Of a stretch of 64,000 nt of DNA, positions 29,201 to 40,235 are shown piece by piece. Made by a program: the position numbers and the translations under genes. The stretch comes from Nitrospirota bacterium (GTDB lineage Bacteria; Nitrospirota; UBA9217), in assembly GCA_963741205.1 (NCBI GenBank), contig CAVUHW010000020.1, forward strand, positions 224,001-288,000, written 5' to 3'. The notes under the pieces are model-generated. The model had not been told where the DNA came from. It saw only the letters and a program-made list of their open reading frames with translations, and made no database searches. Position 1 is the first letter of the stretch. Each line of letters starts with the position of its first letter.

Positions 29201-29481
29201 TGCGCGCGAAATTTCTCCATTACACAAAGACCCTTGGCAGATACCGGCAGCAGTCAGGCCGCTACGATCTCGCGGTGGAGTGTTACCAGAGAGGGATAGA
29301 AATAGACGACCTTGCCGAGGAGCTGTATCAGCAGCTTATAATCTGCCACCAGAAACTGGGCCAGGAAGCAGAGGCCGTCAAAGTCTACTACCGCTGCCGC
29401 GCAATGCTTCATAAGGCATTCGGACTTGAGCCCTCCACAAAAACCAGGGAAATATATTCCTCTATACACCGCAACAAGTAA
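26212..29481 (+). CDS. Large MalT-like ATPase-TPR regulator with C-terminal SARP/BTAD domain (three frameshifted fragments)
   Basis: APAGSGKTTL, WYQADEGD, GWAAGL; LKVYTLGR, LWPEAEGDAANRNLDTTLHRLRKLLG; AEELYQQLIICH...EPS. Confidence 0.88.
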
Positions 29482-29572
29482 TTCTCGGCATTTCACCCCG
29501 CATCTTCCCCTTTTTCATCAGTTTGTTACTTTTTTACACACATTTTCTACAAAAAATTTACTTTTTCTTTCA

Positions 29573-29609
29573 ATCTGTAAGTCATCTGTAAGTCGGCCTA
29601 TGCTATTCT
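29573..29609 (+). promoter_or_regulatory. SARP-type tandem direct repeat next to an extended -10
   Basis: Perfect (ATCTGTAAGTC)x2 at 29573-29594; TGcTATTCT at 29601-29609. Confidence 0.65.
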
Positions 29610-29643
29610 ATGATATAAAATTACAAGGACAGAAAGATCAATA

Positions 29644-29829
29644 ATGGAAAATTACATCATTCGCATATACCGGCGGGATCCTGATGATCCGCTCAAGCCC
29701 GTCGGGATGGTTGAGGTCGTGGAGACCTCGGAAACGAGGACCTTTACGCATGCGAGTGAGCTTGTCGATATCATATGTTCCGCGGGTGATTCATCCGAAC
29801 CGGATTCTAGTAACAGAAGACACACATGA
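29644..29829 (+). CDS. Small hypothetical protein downstream of the BTAD regulator
   Basis: MENYIIRIYRRD...VGMVEVVET...TF...ELVDII; directly follows the tandem-repeat promoter. Confidence 0.65.
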   Translation: MENYIIRIYRRDPDDPLKPVGMVEVVETSETRTFTHASELVDIICSAGDSSEPDSSNRRHT

Positions 29830-30101
29830 TAATTCGCGGATTGAAAGTATCGGCAGTGGTTCTTTGGTCTTCATCACAAATTTTTTTTCACAATAAGTGT
29901 CGGGTATGTATGTGATTCACCTGAATTCCATCAGGATATTCAGAAGAAAGGGGACGGAGGCTGCTTCATCGAAGACAGATGGGGACCTCGTATATTGCAT
30001 GATGCGAAATCGTATTGATTAATTGGGGAGAGAATATCCTTGTTATTTTCCGAACGTGTTTCCATGAAGTAATTAAAAATACATTAAAGGGGGATAGTAT
30101 C

Positions 30102-31043
30102 ATGAAGAAAGCACTATCGATAGTATTGTTGTTGTCGGGTCTTTTTCTCTACGGCTGCGGCGCAGGCGGGAACAACAATGCGTCATCGGATGGCGGCAAT
30201 TCCACTTCGAATCCTGGAGGAGGGCCTCAACCTCAACTTGGTCCTGCTCAAGTCTTTACACTAAACCTTGTTGACGCTGACGCGTCAAGAGCAGCTCGTG
30301 CAACTACTTCTCGGCACACGTCGCAGCCAGCTGCCACAGTGTCAGGGTTGTGATCAGGCTATATTCTAATGTAACAACAACTCATCAAGAATGTCTGTAC
30401 ACTATGACGACGAAGGAAATCCGACGTCATTATTGCCGGTACATGTCATGATGTAGGAGTACACAAAACTACTGAGGTCTATAAGGATATTCAGGATGTG
30501 CCGTATTCTGCGTCCTCCGTTCAAGTAGTCAATTCCGGCAGCAGACGGTTATACCATTGATGTTATAACCAGCCAGCTAACAGGTACACTACTCATAACA
30601 TCTTAAAATATGGACAGGCGACAGATGTCAATGTTGGTGGTAACAACCCCACAAGTGGCGACTATCACCATAAGTAGCGTTGGTAGCAACTTAATATGTC
30701 GGTTACCGATAACGTTTTATCTTCAACTCCCACTCATCCAGTATCGTTTGATGTTACTGTCAATAATGGACTGCCATTTGCTCCTACCTATTCGATGATC
30801 ATGAGCTTCGGCAGCAATACATTCCACTGTGCCAGCAGCTCAACTAACACATGCACCATTAACGCACCGAAATCTACTGCTTCGGGAGGAGCAGTTGATT
30901 TGAAGGGACGTTTACCCTTGACAGATGCATTCTTGAAGCCGGGCGAATAGAGGGCGGATGGATACGTTCCTTCCCATACTTAGCTGGTGAAAGAGTATGG
31001 TATAATTTGAGCCCGCTCGTATCGGTAACTATGTAACTCCTTA
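30102..31043 (+). CDS. Low-GC putative lipoprotein, Gly/Ser/Thr-rich (multiple frameshifts; possibly a pseudogene)
   Basis: MKKALSIVLLLSGLFLYGC lipobox; later beta-rich fragments in other frames; 3' end approximate. Confidence 0.55.
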
Positions 31044-31095
31044 ATAGCTTCCCCAAGCTCAGCACCAGGAATTTTGCTGTCAATATATCCGCAAT

Positions 31096-31131
31096 AAAGG
31101 CAGCCATGATCAACATTGGCTGCCTTTTTTT
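31096..31131 (+). terminator. Rho-independent terminator
   Basis: AAAGGCAGCCA-loop-TGGCTGCCTTT followed by a T run. Confidence 0.8.
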
Positions 31132-31379
31132 GTCGCAGCGTGAACCGGATTTTTAGCTGATTTGAGACTCACTATCTCGAACGGAGGAAAGTCCCAAGCG
31201 AAAGAAGCGACACAACCACACCACCGAGGAAAAGATGCTCATCCTCAAACATCATTTGGTCGAAGGAGTTCCCGTTTACAATTTGCGAAGAGTATCAGTT
31301 GCGGCCCATGGTTTTCTCTATCCGGCAGCAGCATCTTATTTCCAGGGCTGTTTATTGATTGATGCCAATTGAAAACAAA

Positions 31380-32672
31380 TCAGTGTTTGAACACCCGTTG
31401 GCCGGTGAATACCATGGTCACCTTGGGATTCGCTTCGTTGCAGGCCGTAATGGCTTCAAAATCCCGGTCCGACCCGCCGGGCTGTACAATCGCCGAGATC
31501 CCCTCCTTGATGCCCACATCCACGCCGTCCCGGAACGGGAAGAAGGCGTCCGAGACCATGGTGGAGCCGATGAGGCCGCCTTTGTCTTTCTTCGTCTGCT
31601 CGTCGATCTCCCTGAGCGCTCCCTTGTCCCTTTTCCCCTGGCTCGCTTCCAGCTCGAATGTCTTATAGGGGACGCCGTATTTTTTGAAGCAGAGCGCGTC
31701 GGCGTACTTCGTATAGGCCTTGAAGATCGCGATCTCGGCGACACCGACCCGGTCCTGCTCTCCCGTGCCGATGCCCACGGTCACGCCGTCCTTGACGTAG
31801 ATGACCGAATTCGACGTTATCCCCTGCTCCACGTTCCAGCCGAAGAGCATGTCGTCGTATTCGCGGTCCGTGGGTTTCCTTTCGATCTTGTATTCCCGCC
31901 CTTTGTACATTGTCTTTGCTTCCTGGAAATCTTCTTTGCTTCGTATCTTGTTCTTTTGTGACTGCTGAACGATGATTCCGCCGTCGATAAGGGCCTTGAA
32001 CTCAACGAAGCTCATGTCCCGGTGCTTTGCAAGCTCGCTGATCTTCTCAAGCTTGATGATGCGGAGGTTCTTGCGCTTTGCAAGGATGGATACGGCCCCT
32101 TCCTCGTAATCAGGAGCGGCAACGACCTCGAGATAGTTCGCATTCGCCATCTCGGCGGTCTGTTTATCCATGGGCCGGTTCACGACCAGGCATCCGCCGA
32201 ACGCGGCGATGCGGTCGGCCATGTTCGCCCGGTCATAGGCCTCGGCGATCGTTTTGCCGTAGGCAACGCCGCAGGGGTTGTTGTGCTTCATGATGGCCGC
32301 GGCAGGACGGTCCATCAGGAACTTCAGGATATTGAGCGCATTGTCGAGATCGGTGAAGTTCGTCTTGCCGGGATGTTTTCCGGCCTGGAGCATCTGCTCC
32401 TCGGTGATGGCGCTCACGAGGCCGTTGCCGGGCTCGATGAACTTTACGCCTGCCAGAACGAGGTTCCCGTTCACGAGCTGGTACATGGCGGCCTGCTGGT
32501 CGGGGTTATCGCCGTACCTCAGGCCTTTCTCGATCAGTTCTCCCGTACCTTCATCAGCCAGCTTCCATGCCCGTTTCCGGTAGACCAGTTTCTGGTCGCC
32601 GAAGGTGATGGTCATCTCCGGCGGGAAATTGTCGGACATGATGGTTTTGTACATTTTTTTCAGATCTGACAT
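31380..32672 (-). CDS. purH: PurH-family AICAR formyltransferase (lacks the N-terminal MGS-like IMP cyclohydrolase domain)
   Basis: LRYGDNPDQ, KHNNPCG, IAAFGG, SNSV, GEQDRV, SDAFFPFRD, QPGGS, RVFKH. Confidence 0.85.
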   Translation of the reverse strand: MSDLKKMYKTIMSDNFPPEMTITFGDQKLVYRKRAWKLADEGTGELIEKGLRYGDNPDQQAAMYQLVNGNLVLAGVKFIEPGNGLVSAITEEQMLQAGKHPGKTNFTDLDNALNILKFLMDRPAAAIMKHNNPCGVAYGKTIAEAYDRANMADRIAAFGGCLVVNRPMDKQTAEMANANYLEVVAAPDYEEGAVSILAKRKNLRIIKLEKISELAKHRDMSFVEFKALIDGGIIVQQSQKNKIRSKEDFQEAKTMYKGREYKIERKPTDREYDDMLFGWNVEQGITSNSVIYVKDGVTVGIGTGEQDRVGVAEIAIFKAYTKYADALCFKKYGVPYKTFELEASQGKRDKGALREIDEQTKKDKGGLIGSTMVSDAFFPFRDGVDVGIKEGISAIVQPGGSDRDFEAITACNEANPKVTMVFTGQRVFKH

Positions 32673-32687
32673 GAAGACCTCCTAGAA

Positions 32688-32766
32688 TAGTCGATAGTCA
32701 TGAGTCGGCAGTCATCAGTCAAGAGCTTTCGACTAGTCGACTGTCGACTATCTGACTGCTCGACTG
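32688..32766. repeat. Degenerate heptamer inverted repeat (nAGTCnn)n...(nnGACTn)n
   Basis: TAGTCGA TAGTCAT GAGTCGG CAGTCAT CAGTCAA ... TCGACTA GTCGACTG TCGACTA TCTGACTG CTCGACT. Confidence 0.7.
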
Positions 32767-32769
32767 TAT

Positions 32770-33674
32770 CTAAACTTTATCCACGGACTTTTGCCCGAAC
32801 AGTCCCGCCGGTCGAATGACGAGCGTAATGATCAGGACGACGAAGGCAAAGGCGTCTTTATACACGCTCGAAACGTAGCTTGCGCCGAAGTTCTCGATGA
32901 GACCGAGCATGAAGCCTCCGAGCATGGCGCCGGGAATGCTCCCGATCCCTCCGAGGACCGCCGCGGTGAATGCCTTGATGCCGGCGAGATATCCCATGAA
33001 GAAGTGCACCACGCCGTAATAGAGCGTGACCATCACGCCCGCCACGGCCGCGAGCGCCGACCCGATCATGAAGGTCACGGAAATGACCTGGTTGATGTCG
33101 ATCCCCACGAGGCCCGCCATGACGCGGTCCTGCGAGGTGGCGCGCATGGCCTTGCCGAGCCTGGTTTTCGAGACGAAGAGATGAAGAACAATCATGAGCA
33201 GGACCGACGCGCTCAGGATGAAGATCTGCGCGGGCGATACGTTCGCGCCGAAGACGGTCAAGTCCTTCGGAGGGGAGCATCGGCGGAAGGTTCTTGTACT
33301 CCTTGCCCTGGGCGAGCATGACGACGTTCTGGAGGATGATCGACATGCCCACGGCGCTGATGAGCGGCGCCAGTTTTGTGGCGTTCCTGAGCGGCCGGTA
33401 GGCGATCCGTTCGATCACAGCGCCGTAGGCTGCGCAAAAAGCCATGGACACGAGCACCGTGACCAGGAGCGAAAGAGGCAGGCTGTAGGCCGTCAGTCCC
33501 AGCGCGGTCAAGCACCCCGAGGACGATGATCCCCAGATAGGCCCCGAGCATGTACACCTCGCCGTGGGCGAAGTTGATGAGCTGGAGGATGCCGTAGACC
33601 ATGGTGTACCCCAGCGCGATGAGCGCATACACCGCGCCGAGGGCCAGGCCGTTGATGAGCTGTTGGGTGAACAT
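32770..33674 (-). CDS. livH: Branched-chain amino acid ABC transporter permease LivH (frameshifted)
   Basis: [23 protein letters not shown]; [13 protein letters not shown]; [17 protein letters not shown]. Confidence 0.92.
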
Positions 33675-33684
33675 GATTACTAAT

Positions 33685-33793
33685 AAAGTAGGAAGTAAGG
33701 AAGATACGAGGGTAAGAAAGAAACATCGGAGTGCTGATCTTCCTTACCTTCCTTACTTCTTCCTTCTTCCTTCTCACCTCTACCTTCCTACTT
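33685..33793. repeat. Purine/pyrimidine-strand inverted repeat (AGGAAG-type units)
   Basis: AAGTAGGAAGTAAGGAAG... followed by CTTCCTTACCTTCCTTACTTCTTCC... Confidence 0.65.
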
Positions 33794-33799
33794 TCTGAT

Positions 33800-34902
33800 T
33801 TACTGCACTTCCACGAACTTCCCGTCCTTGACCTGCCAGATCACATAGGGCGCCTTGGTCACGTCGCCGTGCTCGTCGAACGAGATATCCCCGAAGGCCC
33901 CGTGAAACGTCGTCTTCGCTATATATTCGGCGATCTTGGCGCCGTCCGTCGATCCCGTCTGGGCAATGGCGGTCAGGATGATATTCGCCGCATCATAGGA
34001 ATAGATCGAATACGGTCCCGGGTCGCCGTATTTGGCCTTATATTTCTGCATGAACGACTGAGCCGACGCAAGCCCGGCCGGCTCCTTGCCGAAAGTTACG
34101 TAGGTCCCCTCGGCCGCCTTGCCCGCTATGCTGATGAACGTCGGATCATACACTCCGTCGCCCGTGATCATGGGTATGTTCAGCCCTATTTCCTTTGCCT
34201 GCCTGCACCAGCCTGCCGGCCTCGGGATAGATGCCTCCGAAGAAGTACAGGTCGGGTTTGTTTTCCTTGATCGTCGTGAGCACCGCCTTGTAATCGGGGT
34301 CGCGCTGAATGATGCCGCCGTAATAGACCACGGTCGCCCTGTCGCCGAGCGCCTTTTTGAAATAATCGGCCAGCCCCTGGCCATAGGCCGTCTTGTCGTG
34401 GATGATCGCCACGCGCCTGGGATGGAGCTTATTCAGAACAAACTCGGCGGCAATGCGGCCCTGCTGGTCATCGGTGCCGCATACCCGGAAGACCCGTTTG
34501 AACCCCTGCCGGGTGAGCTGCGGATTCGTGGTTGCCGGAGAGATCATGACGATGTTCGCGTCATTGATAGTATTTCGAAGCGGGAATGGAACAGCTCGAG
34601 TTCCAGTGGCCGACGACGGCCGCCGCTTTCTGGTTGATGAACTTGTTCGCGATGGACACCGCCTGCTTGGGGTCCGCCTGGTCGTCCCCGGCCAGGAGGA
34701 CGATCTTCTTCCCCAGGACGCCGCCCTTCTCGTTCCATTCCGCAACGGCGAGCTCCGCGGCGTTCTTCAGGTCCATGCCCATCTTGCTCTGGTCGCCGGT
34801 CATGGGGCCTGCCGCGCCGATCCTGATGACGTTCTCCTCCTGACGGACACAGCCTGACAGTATGACAAAGAGAATCGATGAGATGACGATGAGTTTTTTC
34901 AC
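33800..34902 (-). CDS. livK: Branched-chain amino acid ABC transporter substrate-binding lipoprotein (frameshifted)
   Basis: LSGC lipobox; IGAAGPMTG, DDQADP, GHWNSS, HDKTAYGQG, YSYDA. Confidence 0.88.
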
Positions 34903-34934
34903 GTTTGACCTCCTGGTCTCTGCAATTCCCGCAT

Positions 34935-35552
34935 TCAGTCTCCCGGATGATCCGGATCATCTCTTCCGCCGCGCGTCCGATGTCCGGGGCTGAAAGCACC
35001 GCCGAGATCACGGCCGCGCCGTCCGCACCGGCCCGTATCACATCCGCGACATTCGCGTGATTGATGCCGCCGATGGCGATGACCGGGATCGAGACCGACT
35101 GCCGTATGAGGGCGAGGTTCCCGGTCCCCTGCGTTGCTCCGGCTTCCTTCGTCGTGGTGTCGAAAGATAGGCCCAAACCCGATATAGTCGGCCCCCGCCT
35201 CTTCCGCCGCCCTGGCCTGCTCGATGCTGTGGGTCGAGATGCCGATGATCTTGTCGCTGCCCAGAAGCCTTCTCGCCGCTTCGATCGGCAGATCGTCCTG
35301 CCCGAGATGCACGCCGTCGGCATCCGCCGCCGCCGCGATGTCCGCGTGATCGTTCAGGATGAACAGCGCCTGCGACCGGCGGGCCACGGCCGCGAGCAGC
35401 CGCGCCGTTTCGTAAATCGTCCTTCTCGGACCGCTTTTGTTCCGGTACTGGAACAACCTGACGCCCGGCGGACAATGCCCGGGCCATTGCCGTTTCCGGG
35501 CCGGCGCGGAGAAGGTCCTGATCAAGGATCAGGCAAAGCCCTTTGAGATCAA
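34935..35552 (-). CDS. thiE: Thiamine-phosphate synthase (frameshifted; ends approximate)
   Basis: [47 protein letters not shown]. Confidence 0.88.
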
Positions 35553-36896
35553 GCCGGCGAATTGAGGTACCGCTCCATGAATTTTGTCGAGATGTTGCCC
35601 GCCTGGAAGTCCGGGTCCGCGAGGATCTTCTTGTGCATGGGGATCGTCGTCTTCACGCCTTCGATGATGAACTCGTCAAGCGCGCGCTGCATGCGCATGA
35701 TCGCCTCTTCCCGCGTCGCCGCATGGACGATGAGCTTTGCGATCATCGAATCGTAATAGGGAGGGATCACGTACTGCGTGTACGCGGCGGTCTCCACCCG
35801 GACGCCGAGTCCGCCCGGAGGATTGAAGGCCGTGATGGTCCCGGGGGAAGGCGTAAACTTGTCCGGGTCCTCCGCGTTGATCCTGCACTCGATGCTGTGC
35901 CCTCTCACCGTAATCTGGTCCTGGCTGATCGAAAGCGGAAGTCCGGCCGCCACGCGGATCTGCTCCTTCACGAGGTCAATGCCGGTCACCATCTCGGTCA
36001 CCGGGTGCTCGACCTGGATGCGGGTATTCATCTCCATGAAGTAGAATTTTCTGTTCTCGTCCATGAGAAACTCGATCGTTCCGGCGTTCCGGTAGCGGAC
36101 CGCCTTCGCGATGGCCACGGCCATCTCGCCCATCTGTTTCCGCAGACCCGCGTCGACGATGACGGAAGGCGCTTCTTCGATGAGTTTCTGGTGCCTGCGC
36201 TGGATCGAGCACTCGCGCTCGCCGAGATAGACGGTATTGCCCTTTTCATCGGCCATGAGCTGTATCTCGATGTGGCGGGGCTGGAGGATATATTTTTCGA
36301 TATACACGTCGGCATTGCTGAACGACGCAAGCGCTTCGGCCTGGGCCATGACAAAGGCATTGGCGAAATTCGCTTCTTCCATCACCACGCGCATGCCCTT
36401 GCCGCCGCCGCCCGCCGCCGCCTTCACGATCACGGGAAAACCGAGTTCCCTCGCGATCTCAATGGCGCTGCTCTCTTCGGTCACGACGCCGTCGCTGCCG
36501 GGCAGCACCGGCACGCCCGCCTTCTGCGCGGTCTCCCGGGCCTTGGCCTTGTCGCCCATGAGTTTGATGCTTTCCGGGCTGGGTCCGATGAACCGCAGGC
36601 CCGTGGAATTGCAGACCTCGGCGAAGCTGGCGTTCTCGGCCAGAAACCCGTAGCCGGGGTGGATGGCCTCGGTATCGGTGATCTCCGCAGCGCTGATGAT
36701 GCTCGGGAACGTTCAGGTAGCTGTCGGCGCTTTTCGGCGGACCGATGCACACGCTCTGGTCGGCAAAGCGCACATGGAGCGAGTTGGCGTCAGCCGTCGA
36801 ATGGACCGCAACGGTCTTGATGCCCATCTCCTTGCAGGCACGGATGATCCGGAGCGCGATCTCGCCGCGGTTGGCTATCAGAATTTTTTTAAACAC
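35549..36896 (-). CDS. accC: Acetyl-CoA carboxylase biotin carboxylase (frameshift near 36710)
   Basis: [46 protein letters not shown]. Confidence 0.95.
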
Positions 36897-36952
36897 CCAA
36901 ACACCTCAGATATTCTATTCTTTGCAGGACCTGCTATGGTCTCGAATCTCAT

Positions 36953-37088
36953 CGTTACGAGTTGCGCGTCGCGACCTGCACCCAGCGTTTACGAGCCTGT
37001 GGCCAGTGCCTATGAGTGCGCTGCGCGAATACAGGCCATGCGCCGCGCGAGTGCAGAGTGTTTAACCCGCAACCCGTAACCCGCAACC
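36953..37088. repeat. Degenerate heptamer inverted repeat (GTTRCGn)...(AACCCGY)n
   Basis: GTTACGA GTTGCGC ... AACCCGC AACCCGT AACCCGC AACC; similar units at about 905-935. Confidence 0.55.
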
Positions 37089-37115
37089 GCTTCTGGCTGC
37101 GGCTGGAGGCTGCGC

Positions 37116-37586
37116 TTACGCAGGTTCGATCACGAAGAGCGGCTGACCGTATTCCACGGGCTGCCCGTTTTCCACCAGGACCTGAACGATCTTGCCCGCG
37201 GATTCGGATTCGATCTCGTTCATGAGTTTCATGGCCTCGATGATGCAGAGCACCTGTCCTTTTTTCACTACAGCGCCTATTTCCACATAGGCCGGTTTAT
37301 CCGGAGAACTTGAGCGGTAGAACGTGCCGACAATGGGAGAGGTCACTTTGACCTCGTTCACCGTAGCCGGCTCCGCCGCCTTTCCGGCCTGAGGCTCGGG
37401 AACCTCGGTAACGGCGGGGGCGACAATGGCTGCCGGCGGGTACTCCATACGCGGCATGACGGGATGGAGTGTGACATCTCCGCCTTTTCTGAGACGCACC
37501 TTAACGCCGGAACGCTCGATTTCCAGCTCCGAGATGTCCGTATTCTTGAGCATCTCGATCAGTTCCTTGATTTCCTTAAGGTTCAT
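37116..37586 (-). CDS. accB: Biotin carboxyl carrier protein
   Basis: SPIVGTFY; EAMKLMN biotinylation motif. Confidence 0.97.
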   Translation of the reverse strand: MNLKEIKELIEMLKNTDISELEIERSGVKVRLRKGGDVTLHPVMPRMEYPPAAIVAPAVTEVPEPQAGKAAEPATVNEVKVTSPIVGTFYRSSSPDKPAYVEIGAVVKKGQVLCIIEAMKLMNEIESESAGKIVQVLVENGQPVEYGQPLFVIEPA

Positions 37587-37621
37587 GGTTGCTCCTTTGA
37601 CGCTTCATGAAGGACGGCGGA

Positions 37622-38188
37622 CTACTTCTTGACCCGCTCGATAAAGGTCCCCGTACGCGTGTCGACCTTGATCACGTCACCCTCATTCAGATAAAACGGC
37701 ACCTTGACCACGGCGCCTGTCTCCAGCGTTGCCGGTTTGGAACCACCTGACGCGGTGTCGCCCCGCACTCCCGGGTCGGTCTTGGCGATCGCGAGCTCGA
37801 CGAACATCGGCACCTCGATGTTGATGGGAGCTCCCTTGTGGTACAGGACCTTGATCTCCATGTTCTCCTTGAGATAACTGATGCTGTCGCCCAGTTGCAG
37901 TTCGGAGAGGGATACCTGCTCGTAGCTCGTCGTATCCATGAAGACGCGGTCCTTGTCCGCCGCGTAAAGATACTGCATTGTCTTCTCCTCCAGCTCGGGA
38001 ACATCGAGTTTTTCGCCCGCCCGGTACGTCCGGTCGATGACGTTCCCCGACCTGAGGCTTTTGATCTTGGTCCTCACGAATGCCCCGCCCTTGCCGGGCT
38101 TCACGTGCTGAAAATCCACGATCACATAAGGCTCTCCGTCAATTTCAATTTTCAATCCGGTTCTGAACTCCGTGGTAGATACAGGCAC
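37622..38188 (-). CDS. efp: Elongation factor P
   Basis: HVKPGKGGAFVRTK; PGVRGDTA. Confidence 0.97.
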   Translation of the reverse strand: MPVSTTEFRTGLKIEIDGEPYVIVDFQHVKPGKGGAFVRTKIKSLRSGNVIDRTYRAGEKLDVPELEEKTMQYLYAADKDRVFMDTTSYEQVSLSELQLGDSISYLKENMEIKVLYHKGAPINIEVPMFVELAIAKTDPGVRGDTASGGSKPATLETGAVVKVPFYLNEGDVIKVDTRTGTFIERVKK

Positions 38189-38273
38189 CTTCTACTACCT
38201 CCCTTTCATTCTTACAGGCTAAAAGTATTGTATTACAAATATCAGTAAAACTTTAGACAAGAACTTCCGTACT

Positions 38274-39359
38274 CTACAAATTCTTTAAGCTCTCCAGCCC
38301 TCTGGGCAGCGTAGTCAGCACTTTTACGCCGTCGTCCGTCGCCAGGACCATGTCTTCAATCCTTACTCCGCCCCATCCGGGGATATAGACGCCCGGCTCG
38401 ACGGTAAAGACCATCCCCTGCTCGACACTGTCCTTTGACAGGGGCGATACTGACGGGCCTTCATGCACCATGAGGCCGATGCCATGGCCCGTTCCATGGC
38501 CGAAGTGCGCTCCATGACCGGCCCTTCTGATGACCTCGCGCGCGGCATCGTCCACGGATTTACAGCTCACGCCCGGGCGGACGCTCTTCATTGCCGATTC
38601 CTGGGCCGTCCGAACAAGTTCATGGATCTCCCTCTGCCTGGCCGTAGGCCGGCCGATGCAGATGGTCCGCGTAATATCGCAGCAATATCCGTTGGCTTCC
38701 GCACCGAAATCGATGGTCACGAGGTCGCCTTTCCTGATGCGCCGGCTGGTGACCGATGCATGGGGCATCGCTCCGTTGCCCGCAGACGCGACGATGGTAT
38801 CAAAGGCAGCCCTGCGGGCCCCTTTGTCCCGCATAAGATATTCGAGCTTGAGCGCGAGTTCCCGCTCGGTTGCGCCCGGTTTGAGGAACTGTTTCAGCTC
38901 CCGGAACGATTCTTCCGCCCTCCGGATTGCCAGCCGGATATGGGAGAGTTCGTGACGGTCCTTGCGGAGCCGGAGTTCGCGCACCAGGTCCCGGTGCTCC
39001 CTGACGCGGAGCCCGCTTTTTTTTAGTTTCTTAAGCACTTCGATCGTGAGCGAGGACTCGTCATGCCAGAGCGTATCTACTCCCATTCGGTCGGCCACGA
39101 GACGGAGGGCGGTATAAAAATCCTTTTTCTGGATGACAACCGCAACCCCGTCGGTCTCCCTGCGCGACTGCAGCTGGTACCGGAAATCAGTTATCAGGCA
39201 GGGTCTTCCCGAAGCGACGAGGAGAGATCCCGCCGAACCGGTAAAGCCAGTCAGGTACCGGACATCCTCGCGCCGCGTCACGAGGAGGGACTTGATGCCA
39301 TCGGCCTTCATGAGTTGCTTGAGCCGCGCGAGACGATCGTGCTCCGGTCTTTTTTTCAT
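38274..39359 (-). CDS. Xaa-Pro aminopeptidase (M24B)
   Basis: [42 protein letters not shown]. Confidence 0.95.
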   Translation of the reverse strand: MKKRPEHDRLARLKQLMKADGIKSLLVTRREDVRYLTGFTGSAGSLLVASGRPCLITDFRYQLQSRRETDGVAVVIQKKDFYTALRLVADRMGVDTLWHDESSLTIEVLKKLKKSGLRVREHRDLVRELRLRKDRHELSHIRLAIRRAEESFRELKQFLKPGATERELALKLEYLMRDKGARRAAFDTIVASAGNGAMPHASVTSRRIRKGDLVTIDFGAEANGYCCDITRTICIGRPTARQREIHELVRTAQESAMKSVRPGVSCKSVDDAAREVIRRAGHGAHFGHGTGHGIGLMVHEGPSVSPLSKDSVEQGMVFTVEPGVYIPGWGGVRIEDMVLATDDGVKVLTTLPRGLESLKNL

Positions 39360-39805
39360 TTCTTTTTTCCGCTGGTTGAGGATAAGGTGGCAGCCGCCCT
39401 GAGGGCGAGGAGGTAGCTTTCCGGTCCAAAACCGGATATTTGGCCGGCAGCGACGCCGGCTATATAAGAGCGTTTTCTGAAATCCTCCCGCTTGTAGATG
39501 TTGGAGATGTGCGTCTCGACGGTCGGAATGCCCGCCGATGAAATCGCGTCGCGGAGCGCAATGCTCGTGTGTGTATAAGCCCCGGGGTTGATCACGATGG
39601 CTTGATAGACGTCCATGGCGTCCTGGATTTTTTGGACCAACTCGCCTTCATGGTTCGACTGGAAAAAGGACACTTCCACGCCAAGCTCAGCCGCCAGCGC
39701 CGCAACGCTTTTGTTGATGTCGTCCAGAGTTATGGAACCGTAGACCTCGGGTTCACGCTTTCCGAGCAGATTAAGGTTCGGCCCGTTGATGATCAGGATC
39801 TTCAT
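39356..39805 (-). CDS. aroQ: Type II 3-dehydroquinate dehydratase
   Basis: [18 protein letters not shown]; [10 protein letters not shown]; HISN. Confidence 0.97.
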   Translation of the reverse strand: MKILIINGPNLNLLGKREPEVYGSITLDDINKSVAALAAELGVEVSFFQSNHEGELVQKIQDAMDVYQAIVINPGAYTHTSIALRDAISSAGIPTVETHISNIYKREDFRKRSYIAGVAAGQISGFGPESYLLALRAAATLSSTSGKKK

Positions 39806-39878
39806 GCCACCCCCTGAAAATAAAAAACTGCCTGGGGCAGTTTAGAATACCAAAAGAACCGGGGAAATGCCCTCGTCA

Positions 39879-40235
39879 TCAGAACTCCTTCAGCAGCTTG
39901 GGCGCCGACATCCTGAGCAGGAATCTCCCCTTGCCGAAGTTGCCGTCAGGCTTGATGATGAGAACGAAAAAATATTCTTCATTCAGCCTTCGGAGCATGA
40001 TCATGGCCTTGTCCGCAATAACCGAGACTTCCCGGGTGGAGCCCATTTGCGATGCCTGTGAACCTTTTTCTATCTCCTTGAGAAGCGCAGAGAACTCGAC
40101 CGTCATGGATTGGATGTCCATCCCGTCGCCGACAGAATATTCTTCCACCGGGATGCCGTCGAGCCCTACGATGACGGCGCCGAGCGCCCCTTCCGTGCCG
40201 TGGACGACTTCTTGTAAGATATCGGAAAAGGACAT
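39879..40235 (-). CDS. Roadblock/LC7 domain protein (MglB/MglC-like)
   Basis: VIVGLDGIPV...GNFGKGRFLLR. Confidence 0.85.
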   Translation of the reverse strand: MSFSDILQEVVHGTEGALGAVIVGLDGIPVEEYSVGDGMDIQSMTVEFSALLKEIEKGSQASQMGSTREVSVIADKAMIMLRRLNEEYFFVLIIKPDGNFGKGRFLLRMSAPKLLKEF

